Origin: Ignavibacteriota bacterium
Lineage (GTDB): Bacteria; Bacteroidota; Ignavibacteria; UBA10030; UBA6906
Assembly: GCA_963808715.1 (NCBI GenBank)
Contig: CAWEHG010000040.1
Location: forward strand, 99,420-163,419
Reading direction: 5' to 3'
DNA length: 64,000 nucleotides
The position numbers and the translations under genes are program-made. Positions 21,816 to 33,526 of the stretch are shown in pieces. The first letter of the stretch is position 1. Every line of letters begins with the position of its first letter. The notes beneath the pieces were generated by a model. It made no database searches, had not been told where the DNA came from, and was given only the letters and a program-made list of their open reading frames with translations.

Positions 21816-24609
21816 GTGAAGAGATCCCTGGCCCTCAGTGTGCTTGCCCTCGCCGCGTTGCCCGTTCTCGCGCAGTCCCCAGCGGACAGTGTCCGGATCA
21901 CCTTCCGCGCGCACCTGCCTCCCAGCTCCTTCCCGGTGTTCGTCCCGGGACAGTTCAACAACTGGGGCCCGAATGCGGGTGGAACCATCAGCATCGGCGC
22001 GGCCTCCCAGATGGATTTCGACAACGGTACCGCGAGCTGGATCAAGACCTACACCTTCAGGATCCACGATCCCGCACGCACTCCGCTCGGGGATTCCGTC
22101 TACCAGTACAAACTCAACCGCGGTGGAGCATCCAGCGGATGGTACAGCGATCCGCTGAACCCGGAGGTCAACCCCGCGGACAACAACAATTCCGTTCTGC
22201 GGCTGAGCCGCCTCTTCTGGTTCCAGTTCTTCGCCGACACTGCCGGCGGGAAGATCCGGCGTCTGACGGTGGGCCTCGTTCATGCGAACAGCGACACGAT
22301 CCTCTCCCTGACCCTCGGGACCGCCGCCACGGCGGCCGGGCCGATCACCGTGACCGATCTGCTGGGGAGCTACGACGAGGGGCTGCGTATCATGGATGTC
22401 ACTCTCCCCGCTCCGCTGGAGAAGGCGTCGTACATCCGGCTGTCGGCGCGCACCAACCGCGGCGACTCCATTGTCTACACGCAGGGTGGAGTGCCGGTCG
22501 CCGAACTTCCCATGCCGTCATACGCGAAACACGGCGTAACGCTCCCATCTCCCGCGTCGAATGACTCCGTGACGTTTCGCCTGCGCGTTCCGGGGAAGGC
22601 GTGGGCGGTCTTGAAGATCGCCCCGGTGGGCCAGGATCCCACCACTGCGACGGCGGTGCCGATGCGCCGGTCGCCGGGGACCGACAACTGGTGGGTCAAT
22701 CTGAAGCTTCCGCCAGGGACGGAGTACGAATATCTGTACGAGCTGGAAGGAAACATCCGGATCTACGACCCCTGGGGGCGATGGAACGGGACAAAAGGCT
22801 CGAGGTTCTCCACGGGGCCGGAAGGGCGGACCGCCGACAACTATTCCTGGAACGACGCCTCGTTCCGGCGACCGCCGCTGAACACGCTCGTGCTCTACGA
22901 ACTGCACATCGGGGAGTTCACCGGGGGGTTCTTCGGCCTCTCCGGCGGGCAGGGGACGCTCTCGCACCTGACGACGATGATCCCGTACCTGGATTCGCTC
23001 GGCATCAACGCCGTGGAGCTGATGCCGGTGATGGACTTCGGCGGGATCGGGAAGTCGGGTTTCTCCTGGGGATACGATGTGAATTCCACTGTTCGCCCTC
23101 GAACCGTCGTACGGAACCCCCGCGGACCTCAAACGCTTCGTCGACTCCGCGCACGCTCACGGCATCGCGGTGGTGCTGGACGTGGTGTACAACCACCTGA
23201 ACGGTACCGGCCCGCTCTGGCAGATGCTTCCCGACGTTGCCGCCAATCCATACTTCAAGGCCAACAACGATCTCCGGTACAACGAAGACGGCCCAAATCC
23301 CTACTTCAACGACCTGGACCATTGGACCGACGAGACCCAGGAGCTGGTGTACGCCACGATCCGCATGTGGATCGACGAGTATCACATCGACGGATTCCGC
23401 TACGACTACACGCAGGGGATCGGCTGGGACGTCAATCAGCCGACGAAGGGAGTTCTCGGCTGGGCCGACCGGATCGCCCGGGACTACAACAACGGGATCT
23501 ACCAGATCGCCGAGCATCTGCCGGAGAGTCCCGCACTCCTCTACAATAGCGGACTCACCGGCGGCTGGCACAACAGCTACCGGAACAAGGTGTTCGACGA
23601 GGCACGGTACGGGAATATCCCGCTGAGCGAGATCACCACGCTTGTGCTCGGTCTCGGCGCGTTCCAGGGGAACGACACCCCCTCCTCGCCCTCCACCTAC
23701 AGCGATCGTACCGAGCCGGTGAACGACAACGTCAACCACGACGAGCAATCGCTCCTGTTCGAAATGACCACGTTCCAGGGGGTGCCGGTGGACGTCGCCT
23801 TGCAGCGGGACAAGCTGTACGCCACGTTGATGTTCACCTCCCTTGGGATCCCGATGCTGTGGGAGGGGATCGAGTTCAGCGCTCCCAGGGGATGGGCCAC
23901 CAGCGGCGAGAGGCTTTCGTACCGTCCCGTGGAATGGAACTACTACCCCACCCCGCGGGGCCGGTCACACTACGGCTACTACAGGGCGCTCATCCACCTC
24001 CGGAAGACCAACCCCGCGCTGCTGCGCGGAACCTATTCGGTCCCGTACGTGAATCTTGCGCAGAAGTCGCTTGTCTGGGGGTTCCAGGATACCGCCTCGA
24101 CCGCCAAAGTGATCGTGGCCGCGAATTTCACCGGAGGTCCCCAGGTGCTCACGAACGTCGGATGGTTCTCGGCCGGCACCTGGTACGATGTGTTCAGCGG
24201 GAAGCCGGTCTACTTCCCCTCCACGGTCCTGGATACACTCCGGATCCCGGCATATACCGCGCTGGTGTACAGCACGATCCGGGACACACTCGCGACGGGG
24301 GTGGAAGGCACCCGTGAAGTTCCCCGGTCGTTCGGGCTGGAGCAGAACTACCCGAATCCGTTCAACCCGGTCACCACGATCGAATATGCCATCCCGGCGG
24401 CCGGAGAACAGGGGCCTGGCGCCGGTGTTGCCCGGCTGGCGGTGTATGACGTGCTTGGCAGGGAGGTGAAGCTCCTGGTGAACGAGAGGAAGGAGCCGGG
24501 CATGCATTCGGTCAGGTTCGACGCGTCACCGTTCCCGAGCGGAGTCTATTTCTACAGGTTGACGGCCGGCGCATTCAGCGCCACTCGTAAGATGATCCTC
24601 GCCCGGTAA
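21816..24609 (+). CDS. Secreted GH13 alpha-amylase family enzyme with CBM48-like domains and T9SS type A CTD (one frameshift ~23090)
   Basis: LYELHIGEF, INAVELMPV, WGYD, VLDVVYNH, IDGFRYD, IAEH, NHDE; CTD LEQNYPNPFNP..GVYFYRL..RKMILAR. Confidence 0.92.
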
Positions 24610-24615
24610 GAATCC

Positions 24616-27232
24616 ATGCGCTTCATCCTTCCCGGTCCTTCTCGTTGCCCTCTCGATCGTTCAGGCGGACGGGCAGCCGCGCGCCGTCCAGGGGGGCGTG
24701 GTCTTCGTGTATCGTGATGCCGCGGCGGTCTCCGCAGTCCGTGGTGGGGGACTTCAACGGTTGGTCGAAGGACGAGGGCCGGATGGCGAAGGACTCCAGC
24801 GGAGCCTGGAGCCGGGTCGCCGTCATGAGGCCCGGCCCCGCGCAGTACAAGATCCTCGTCGATGGGACGCGGTACATCACGGATCCGGCGAACCCCGCCA
24901 CCGTCGACAACTACAACCGGACATCCCGCAATTCCGTCTTCGTCCTGACGGAAGGAGGAGACGTGCTCCTGACCGCTGTACCCCCCATGCCCGTCCGCAA
25001 TACGGGAGACGTCTACCCGCCGCGGACGGACCGCAAACCGGTCTTCCTGAACATCATCTGGCACCAGCACCAGCCGCTCTACCTCGATCCGGCGACGGAC
25101 CAGCTGGGCGGCCCATGGGTCCGCACGCACGCGACCAAGGACTACTACGACATGGCCGCGATGCTGCGGGAGTATCCCGACATCCATTGCACGTTGAACC
25201 TGACCTCGTCGCTGCTGCGTGCAGCTCGCAGCAATACTACGTCGCCCGTCTCCGGGACTTCGTGGATCTCCGGGCAAACCGTGTGGACGCCGCGCGGCTT
25301 TCTGAAGAAGTGGGCCGGGAAGACCGATCCCTGGATCGATCTCGCGCTGAAGCCCGCCGAGAAGTTCGACCGGCGCGACAGGGATCTTCTCTACCGGAAC
25401 AGCTGGAACGCCTTCGGCATCAGCCCGGTGCAGATCGAGCGTTTTCCCGAGTACCTGGCGCTGCGGAAGAAGCTCGACGGCGGCCAGGCCGCGCCGGATG
25501 ACCTGTTCACGGTGGCCGAGCAGCGGGAGATCAAGTTCTGGTTCTACTGCCGCCCATTTCGATCCGGACTTCCTCCGCGGAACGGTCACGCTGCCCGATG
25601 GGTCGACCTGCGGTTTGAGCGATCTGCTCCGGGAGGAGAACGGCAGGTTCTTCCTTCGCCGGCCGGTGACGGAGGACGACTGCAACCGGATCGTGGCCGA
25701 GTCCTACAAGGTCATGGCCAACGTCGTTCCGGTCCACCGTGCGTTGAAGCTCGACCCACGGTCGCAGAAGGGGCAGATCGAGGTGATCACGACGCCGTAT
25801 CTACCATCCGATCCTGCCGCTGATCTTCGACAGCGATCTCGCGCGCACCTGTCAGCCGAACGATCCCCTCCCGACGCGCTTCTCGTATCCCGAGGACGCG
25901 GACGCGCAGGTCGCCAAGGCGGTTGGACTCTATACCGGATCTGTTCGGCGCGCCCCCCGCCGGCATGTGGCCCGGCGAGGGGTCGGTCGCCCAGGAGATC
26001 CTGCCGGTCCTGGCGAAGAACGGGATCCTCTTGACGGCGAGCGACGTGAAGGTGCTCCAGCGCTCCACCCCGGCCGGGCGCCCGAACACCACGCCGTACG
26101 TCTTCCCGGCGGGTGACCGGGAGGTGGTCCTCGTGTTCCGCGACACGGAACTCTCCGACCGGATCGGATTCACCTACCAGAACTATGAGGGGGAGGATGC
26201 GGCGGAAGACTTCGTCCGCTCGATCCTGGCCATGGCTCCGGGCAAGGATGAACCCGACGCGCTGATCACGGTGATCCTCGACGGTGAGAACGCCTGGGAG
26301 TGGTACCGGAAGGACCTCGACGGGAAGCAGTTCCTCAACGCCCTCTACCGCAAGCTCAGTCGCCTGCATCGCGACGGGCAGGTGATCACCGCCACGGTTC
26401 CCGAGTACATTGCGCGGGAACGGCCCGGGGCGTTCCTGCTCACCCGGTGTCGGCCCTCCCGCATATGGAGCGGTTCTGGCCGGGATCCTGGATCAACGGC
26501 AACTACGATACCTGGATCGGTGAGCAGGAGGAGAACCGCGGCTGGGAGTATCTGCTGCGGGCGAGGAAGGATCTGGCGTCATCCGGGATCCCGCGGCCCG
26601 ATCCGAAAGCGCCGCCGCCGACGCGCGGAACGAAGCAATGGTACGGCTACATGGCCTGGGAGGCGATGTACGCCGCGGAGGGATCGGACTGGTTCTGGTG
26701 GTACGGCGCGGATCAGGGCGCTCCGGGGGGCGATGCGCCCTTCGACAAGGCCTTCCGGACCCATCTGCGGAACGTCTACTGCCTTCGCGGAAAAAGCCGG
26801 CGCACGTCTCGTCCGTCCGGAATTTCCTCCCATCATCACGGGGGAGAGCCGCGGAGGGGGACAGGGGGTGATGCGGGGCTGCAGCGGTAGGCAGGGACGG
26901 AACTGCAGGAGGTGGTGTTCGTGTGCGACGCCACCGCCGAAAAGGTTCCGTCGGCGATCTACATCGCCGGCGGAAGGCCTGAGCTGGGCGAGTGGCAGCC
27001 GAACCTCGTCAGGATGTACGACGACGGCACTCATGGCGACCGGATCGCCGGCGACGGCCTCTGGTCCCTTCAGGTGAAGCTGCCGGCGAACGCGGAGATC
27101 CAGTACAAGTACACCAACAGCGGCGATCCCGGACAGTGGGTCCCCTCGGAAGAATTCGCGGGGAGGAACCGGTCGGTGAACATCCGCAGGCAGGCGGAGC
27201 CGCTTTTCGTCAACGACGTCTTCGGCAGGTGA
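24616..27232 (+). CDS. GH57 amylopullulanase with N-terminal CBM48-like and C-terminal CBM20-like domains (frameshifted)
   Basis: VVGDFNGW..YKILVDG; IIWHQHQP, WVRTHATKDY, YHPILPL region, GMWPGEGSV, VILDGENAWEWY, AEGSDWFWWYG; IYIAGG.PELGEWQP..YKY. Confidence 0.92.
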
Positions 27233-27235
27233 ACC

Positions 27236-29166
27236 ATGCGACAGCGAACAGCCCGTGCACTCGATCTTGTGGAACGCGCCCTCCGGCTCCAGCGGAAGAA
27301 ACAGGGGAAGCGGAGGATCAGGTACTTCGTTCCTTCGCTGTGGGGCGGTCCGCGGGGAACCGCCTCGGCGGTGAAGGTGGATCCGTTCGCCTACTACCTC
27401 GGGATCGTCCGGAAGATCAAGCGGGGCCGTGCCATCCGTCTGACCGGACGCGGAGGGGAATGGTCGCAGAAGGCGGTGATCTACAACATGTTCGTCCGGA
27501 CGACCGCAGCGTTCGACCACAACCGCGACGGGAAGCTGGATCTTCGACGCGCCGCTCTTCCGGGAGACCGGGACCTTCCTGAAGGCGATAGCGATGCTCC
27601 CGTACATCAAACGTCTCGGGGTGAACACGGTCCACCTCCTGCCGATCACGTCGATCGGGCAGGACGGGAACAAGGGGACGCTGGGCTCGCCCTACGCCAT
27701 CCGCAACGCGTACGAACTCGACGAGCGCCTGAGCGAGCCGGCGCTGGGACTCGACGTCAAGACGGAATTCAAGGCGTTCGTCGAGGCGGCGCACCGGCTG
27801 GGACTGCGGGTGGTCGTGGAGTTCGTGTTCCGGACCGCTGCGAAGGACGCCGACTGGGTGAAAGAACATCCCGAATGGTTCTACTGGATCAAGGAAGGTG
27901 GTCCCGCTGCGGGATCCTTCCCACCAGGACGAGCGGAGCTACGGGTCTCCGCTCTTCACGCGCGAAGAACTGGACCGGATCCATGCGGACGTCAGGGAGG
28001 GAAGGATGGACGCCCTGATCCCGCCGCATCAGGTCTACCGGGATTTCTTCACGCTTCCCCCGTCGCCGGACAGGGTGTCGAAGGAGAAGGGGAGGTATAT
28101 CGGGACACTGGCGGACGGCACCCGGGTCAAGATCCCCGGAGCCTTCGCCGACTGGCCGCCGGACGACAATCAGCCGCCGTGGGGCGACGTGACCTACCTG
28201 CGGATGTACACGCACCCCGACTTCAACTACATCGGCTACAACACGATCCGGATGTACGACACGCGGCTGACCCAGGACCGGTACGTGAACCGTCCGCTCT
28301 GGGACAAGATCGTCGGCATCGTCCCGTACTACCAGAAGGAGTTCCGCATCGACGGCGTCATGATCGATATGGGGCATGCCCTCCCGATGAAACTCAAGGC
28401 GGAGATGGTGGGGACCGCGCGGAAACACAACCCCGACTTCGCCTTCTGGGACGAGAACTTCGCGGTCACCCGGAAGAGCCGGGAGGAAGGGTACAACGCG
28501 GTCTTCGGGTTCTGCTGGGTGGACCAGGCCCACGCGGACCGGATGAAGAACCTCTGCTGGCGGCATGCGTCCGAAGGTTTTCCGATACCGTATTTCTCGA
28601 CCCCCGAGAACCACAACACTCCGCGCGCAGCCGCCCGTCCCGGCGGCCTTCCGTATGCACGGTGGACCATCGTCGTGAACAGCTTCCTGCCGGCGATCCC
28701 GTTCCTCCATTCGGGCTTCGAGCTTGCCGAACGGTTCCCGATCAACACCGGACTGGACTTCACGAACGAGGATCTCAAGAAGCTCCCCTCGGAAACACTC
28801 CCGCTCTTCAGCGCCTATGCCTACGACTGGATGAGCAAGGAACAGTTCGCCGGTTGGGTGGCCGGGGTGATCGCGTTGAGGAAGCGGTACGCCGACCTGG
28901 TGGTGGACCCGACCCCGGGCAGCTTCCGGATGCTGGAGGAGGGGAACGGCAACATCCTCGCGTTCTCGCGTGTGGGACCTTCGGAACGGAAGCGGGTGGC
29001 GGTCATCGGGAACATGAACTTCGCCGGCACCGAGACGACCGCGACGAAGCTCCCCGCGGAGCAGAAGGTCCTGAGGGACCTGCTCGGGAAGCGCCGGCTG
29101 CATCTCGACGACGGCGTGCTCCGCATCTCCCTTGCTCCCGGGGAATGCGTGGTGACGGAATACTGA
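27236..29166 (+). CDS. GH13 maltodextrin glycosyltransferase (Thermotoga maltosyltransferase-like; frameshifted)
   Basis: [74 protein letters not shown]; no signal peptide. Confidence 0.82.
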
Positions 29167-29203
29167 TCTCTCACGAACGGTCGCGGCTGATCGAGGATCC
29201 TGC

Positions 29204-30469
29204 ATGCTCGATGCACAACGGAAACTGACAAACCCCTTCTACGCGCTGATCGCCCTCCCGGCCACCGCGATGGGCTTCGCGCTTTCCATCCAGATCTCGG
29301 CTCTCAGCTGGCTGCTGACCACGCGGTACGGTCTGGACATCCACCAGGTCGGGATCGTCTGGGCCGCGGGGCCGCTGGCCGGCATCATCGGGCAGGTGCT
29401 CATCGGCCTGATCAGCGACCGGGCCTGGTTCTGGGGCGGACGCAGGCGTCCCTTCATCCTGATGGGAGGGACGCTCGCCGCGGTCGCCCTCTTCGCGCTG
29501 CCGAGGATCGGTGCGATCGACGCCGGGCTCGGGGTCGGCAATCTCCTCGCGGTCGCGATCGTGGTGGCCCTCTTCCTGGACCTTGCCATCAACATCAGCT
29601 TCAACCCGACCAGGTCGGTGATCGCCGACGTGACGCCGGACGGCAACCCGCGCACGAAGGGGTACACCTGGATGCAGACGATCTCCGGGTTCTTCGGCGT
29701 GCTCGCGTACGTGATCGGGGCCGTCGCCGGAAACATGGTGCTGATCCACGTCGGGGTCGTCGTCGTCTTCCTCTGCTCCGTCGTTCCGATCCTGTTCGTT
29801 TCGGAACCGCGCGAGTTCCGCGGCCCCGCGGCCGCCGAAGGGGGGACGACCCGGTGGGGGCAGCTCTTCAAGATCTACGGGGCCCATGCCTTCTCGTGGA
29901 TCGGCGTGCAGGCGATGTTCGTCTACATCATCGCCTTCCTCCAGCAGAAACTCGATCTGCCCGGGGACCCTGCCGCCGCCGCGGCGGCGGTCGGGACCGT
30001 CATCGCGATCTCGTTCGCCGTGCTGAACACCGTGGGCTTCGTCCTCCCGGCGCCGGTCCTGGAACCGCTCGCGGAACGGTTCGGACGGGTGCGGGTGCAT
30101 ACGGCGGCCGTGGCCATCATGGCGCTGGGCTACGCCGGGGTCGTGTTCTTCGGCGCGACCCCCATGGCCATCTACGCGCTGATGGCGGTGCTCGGCATCG
30201 GGTGGGCGTCCATCGTCTCGCTCCCGTTCGCGATCATGTCGGAAGAAGTGGACAAATCCCGTATGGGATTTTTTATGGGGATCTTCAATCTCTCCGTCGT
30301 GCTGCCGCAGCTGTTCGTCAGCCTGGTGCTCGGTGCGGTGGTCAGGGATGCGGCGGACAAGTCGGTCATCTTCTGGATCAGCGCCGTGTCCCTCGCGCTC
30401 TCGGCGGTGGGCTGGCTGTTCGTCAGGGATGCCCGTCCCGGGAAGGTCGAGGCCGCCCGGAAGGCATGA
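29204..30469 (+). CDS. MFS sugar permease (SLC45/sucrose-maltose type)
   Basis: ~12 TM; GLISDR..GRRRPF motif; [17 protein letters not shown]. Confidence 0.88.
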   Translation: MLDAQRKLTNPFYALIALPATAMGFALSIQISALSWLLTTRYGLDIHQVGIVWAAGPLAGIIGQVLIGLISDRAWFWGGRRRPFILMGGTLAAVALFALPRIGAIDAGLGVGNLLAVAIVVALFLDLAINISFNPTRSVIADVTPDGNPRTKGYTWMQTISGFFGVLAYVIGAVAGNMVLIHVGVVVVFLCSVVPILFVSEPREFRGPAAAEGGTTRWGQLFKIYGAHAFSWIGVQAMFVYIIAFLQQKLDLPGDPAAAAAAVGTVIAISFAVLNTVGFVLPAPVLEPLAERFGRVRVHTAAVAIMALGYAGVVFFGATPMAIYALMAVLGIGWASIVSLPFAIMSEEVDKSRMGFFMGIFNLSVVLPQLFVSLVLGAVVRDAADKSVIFWISAVSLALSAVGWLFVRDARPGKVEAARKA

Positions 30470-31716
30470 GACGCTGTTCCCTCACATCCGGTGTTCTGCT
30501 TGTCGCCGTGTTCGCGGGCGCCGCGGCCATCCACGGTTGCCGCCCGTCGGACGCCGGACGGACCCGGATCATCATCTGGCATCAGGACCGCGCGGATGTC
30601 CGTGCCGTTCTGCAGCGGCAGATCGACCGGTTCATGGGGCTCCATCCCGAAGTGAAGGTGGAGCAACTGTTCAAAGAGACGGAGGAACTCCGTTCGGGGT
30701 TCATCATCGCCGCGCTGGCCGGTCAGGGGCCGGATATCGTCTACGGCCCATCGGACCAGGTGGGCCCGTTCGAGGTCATGCAGATCATTCAGCCTCTCGA
30801 AACGATCTTCGACAGCGCCTGGTGCGCGCAGTACGATCCCCGGGGCATGACCCGGTACAGGGGACACCTCTACCAGGTGGCCGACAAGCTGGGGAACCAC
30901 CTGACCCTGGTCTACAACAAGAAACTGGTCCCGGTTCCTCCTACCACCGAAAAGGAACTGGTGGACATCGGCCGTTCCGTGACGGCGGATCTGGACGGCG
31001 ACGGCAAGACGGACCGCTACGGCCTCACCTGGAACTACACCGAGCCATTCTTCTTCATCCCCTTCATGACCGGGTTCGGGGGGTGGATCATGGACAGCAC
31101 CGACACTCCCACGCTCGAGAACCGCGGCACGATCGACGGCCTGGCGTTCGTGAAGGCGCTGCGGGACGTGCACGGGATCATCCCCAACGAAGCGGACTAC
31201 AACGTCGCGGACATGCTGTTCAAAGACGGGCACGCGGGGATGATCATCAACGGCGACTGGTCATGGGTGGACTACCGGAAGGCGGGGATGGACTTCGGCG
31301 TCGCGCCCCTGCCGCTGATCACCTCCACCGGCCTCTGGTGCGGATCCATGGTCTCGCCGAAGGGCTTCTCCATCAACGTGAACGTCTCGGAGGCCAAACA
31401 GCCCTGGGTGGTCGCGCTGATCCGCTACCTGATGCTGCCGGAGAACCAGCGCGAATCGACGGAGGCCCTGTACACGATGCCGACCCACCTGGAGATCCAG
31501 CGGAGCGAGTTCGTCCAGCAGAACGAGATCCTCCGGAACTCCCGCGCGGCGATCGACCACGGACACCCCATGCCGGTCGTGCCCCAGCTCCGTGCCGTCT
31601 GGGATGCCATGCGGCCGAGCTACCAGGCGGTCCTCGCCGGGACCACCACGGCCGAGCGGGCGGCACGGGAGATGCAGCAGCGCGCCCTGCAGCGGATCAA
31701 AGAAATGGACGAGTGA
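30466..31716 (+). CDS. malE: Maltodextrin ABC transporter substrate-binding lipoprotein
   Basis: Lipoprotein-like signal (AIHG-C); GQGPDIV, LVYNKKLV, MIINGDW, MPVVPQLRAVW; ATGA overlap with upstream gene. Confidence 0.85.
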   Translation: MRRCSLTSGVLLVAVFAGAAAIHGCRPSDAGRTRIIIWHQDRADVRAVLQRQIDRFMGLHPEVKVEQLFKETEELRSGFIIAALAGQGPDIVYGPSDQVGPFEVMQIIQPLETIFDSAWCAQYDPRGMTRYRGHLYQVADKLGNHLTLVYNKKLVPVPPTTEKELVDIGRSVTADLDGDGKTDRYGLTWNYTEPFFFIPFMTGFGGWIMDSTDTPTLENRGTIDGLAFVKALRDVHGIIPNEADYNVADMLFKDGHAGMIINGDWSWVDYRKAGMDFGVAPLPLITSTGLWCGSMVSPKGFSINVNVSEAKQPWVVALIRYLMLPENQRESTEALYTMPTHLEIQRSEFVQQNEILRNSRAAIDHGHPMPVVPQLRAVWDAMRPSYQAVLAGTTTAERAAREMQQRALQRIKEMDE

Positions 31717-31717
31717 A

Positions 31718-32623
31718 ATGGCCCCGACGCGCACCTGGCAGCACCGGCTCTTCGTGTTCTTCCTCGTGGCCCCCGCCTTCGTGGTCCTGTTCGGCGTGGT
31801 GATCTACCCGTTCTTCTACAACGTGGTGATCTCCCTCTCCAACATGAACCTCCGTCACATCCGGGACTGGAAGCTGATCGGGTTCGACCAGTACGTCAAG
31901 GTGTTCACCGAGCAGTCCCAGCCGGACTTCTACGGGGTGTTCTTCAAGACGGTGGTCTGGACGGTGGTGAACCTCTTCTTCCACGTGGTGATCGGGGTGT
32001 TCCTGGCCATCGTCCTGAACCAGAAGGAGATCCGCGGGAAGGCTCTGTTCCGCGCCATCCTGATCCTCCCCTGGGCGGTTCCGCAGCTGATCGTGGCGTT
32101 GACCTGGCGGGGGATGTTCAACGCCGAATACGGGGCCATCAACCTGATGCTCACCAGGTGGTTCGGGTTGGCGCCGGTGGAATGGCTCCGGCACCCGACG
32201 GAAGCGTTCATCGCCGTGATCGTCACCAACGTCTGGCTGGGCTTCCCGTTCATGATGGTCATCGCGCTGGGGGCCCTGCAGAGCATTCCTCACGACCTCT
32301 ACGAGGCGGCCGACATCGATGGCGCGGGGTGGTTCCACAAGCTGAAGAACATCACCATCCCCCTGATCCGTCCGGTCATGGTTCCGGCCATCACGCTGGG
32401 GACGATCTGGACGTTCAACAATCTGAACATCGTCTGGCTGGTGAGCAATGCCGGCGAGCCGTCGGACCAGACGCACCTGATGGTGTCGTTCGTCTACAAG
32501 GCGGCCTTCAACTTCTACCGCTACGGGTACGGGGCCGCGCTGTCGATGATCATCTTCTTCGTGCTGCTGGTCTTCAGCCTCGTGTTCATGCGGCGGACAA
32601 AGGCCGTCGAGAACGTCTACTGA
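31718..32623 (+). CDS. malF: Sugar ABC transporter permease
   Basis: LILPWAVP, NVWLGFPF, EAA loop LYEAADIDGAG. Confidence 0.88.
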   Translation: MAPTRTWQHRLFVFFLVAPAFVVLFGVVIYPFFYNVVISLSNMNLRHIRDWKLIGFDQYVKVFTEQSQPDFYGVFFKTVVWTVVNLFFHVVIGVFLAIVLNQKEIRGKALFRAILILPWAVPQLIVALTWRGMFNAEYGAINLMLTRWFGLAPVEWLRHPTEAFIAVIVTNVWLGFPFMMVIALGALQSIPHDLYEAADIDGAGWFHKLKNITIPLIRPVMVPAITLGTIWTFNNLNIVWLVSNAGEPSDQTHLMVSFVYKAAFNFYRYGYGAALSMIIFFVLLVFSLVFMRRTKAVENVY

Positions 32624-32654
32624 CCGATCGCTTCTTCCACCGAAAAAGGCCGAC

Positions 32655-33497
32655 ATGGTCCGGAGCAAAAGGAAAACCGCCGTTCGCGTGGCCGCAAGCT
32701 ACGCGGTGCTCCTCGTCTTCTGCTGCATTGCGCTCTTCCCGATCTCCCAGATCGTGACGATCTCCCTGCGGCCGGAGGACAAGCTGCTCTCCAGGTCGCT
32801 GGAGATCATCCCCGAGAACGCCACGCTGGCCAACTACGTCGGGCTCTTCGCCGACCGCCCGTTCCTCGTCTGGCTGGGGAACAGCACGTTCGTCGCGGTG
32901 GTGGTCACCCTCAGCGGCGTGGTGCTGGCCTCCACGACCGGCTATGCCTTCTCACGGTTCAACTTCATCGGTAAGAAGTTCGGCCTGCTGAGCCTTCTGG
33001 TCACCCAGATGTTCCCCGCCACCATGTTGCTGCTGCCGATGTACATCATGCTGGTGAAGCTGCACCTCGTGAATACCTATCTGGGGATCGTGGTGATGTA
33101 CTCGGCAACGGCGCTGCCGTTCTGCATCTGGCAGATGAAGGGCTACTACGATACCATCCCGACGAGTCTCGAAGAGGCGGGACGGATCGACGGCTGCAAC
33201 CAGTTCCAGACATTCTACCGGATCATCCTGCCGCTGGCGTCTCCGGCGCTCGTCATCACCGCCCTCTTTTCGTTCATGGCCTCCTGGACCGAATACGTGG
33301 TGGCCGCGCAGATCCTGCAGGATACCGAAATGTGGACGCTGCCGCTCGGGCTCAAGTCCTTTGAATCCAACATGGGAACGGAATGGGGGCTCTACGGGGC
33401 GGCCTCCGTGATCGTCACGATCCCCGTCGTCATTCTGTTCCTGTCGCTCAGCCGCTGGCTGGTCTCCGGCCTGACCCTCGGAAGCGTGAAGGGCTGA
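32655..33497 (+). CDS. malG: Sugar ABC transporter permease
   Basis: GYAFSRF, TQMFP, KGYYDTIP..LEEAGRIDG, C-terminal GLTLGSVKG. Confidence 0.9.
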   Translation: MVRSKRKTAVRVAASYAVLLVFCCIALFPISQIVTISLRPEDKLLSRSLEIIPENATLANYVGLFADRPFLVWLGNSTFVAVVVTLSGVVLASTTGYAFSRFNFIGKKFGLLSLLVTQMFPATMLLLPMYIMLVKLHLVNTYLGIVVMYSATALPFCIWQMKGYYDTIPTSLEEAGRIDGCNQFQTFYRIILPLASPALVITALFSFMASWTEYVVAAQILQDTEMWTLPLGLKSFESNMGTEWGLYGAASVIVTIPVVILFLSLSRWLVSGLTLGSVKG

Positions 33498-33526
33498 GTT
33501 CTCCTCATGAAGGGATGAGTTCTCCT

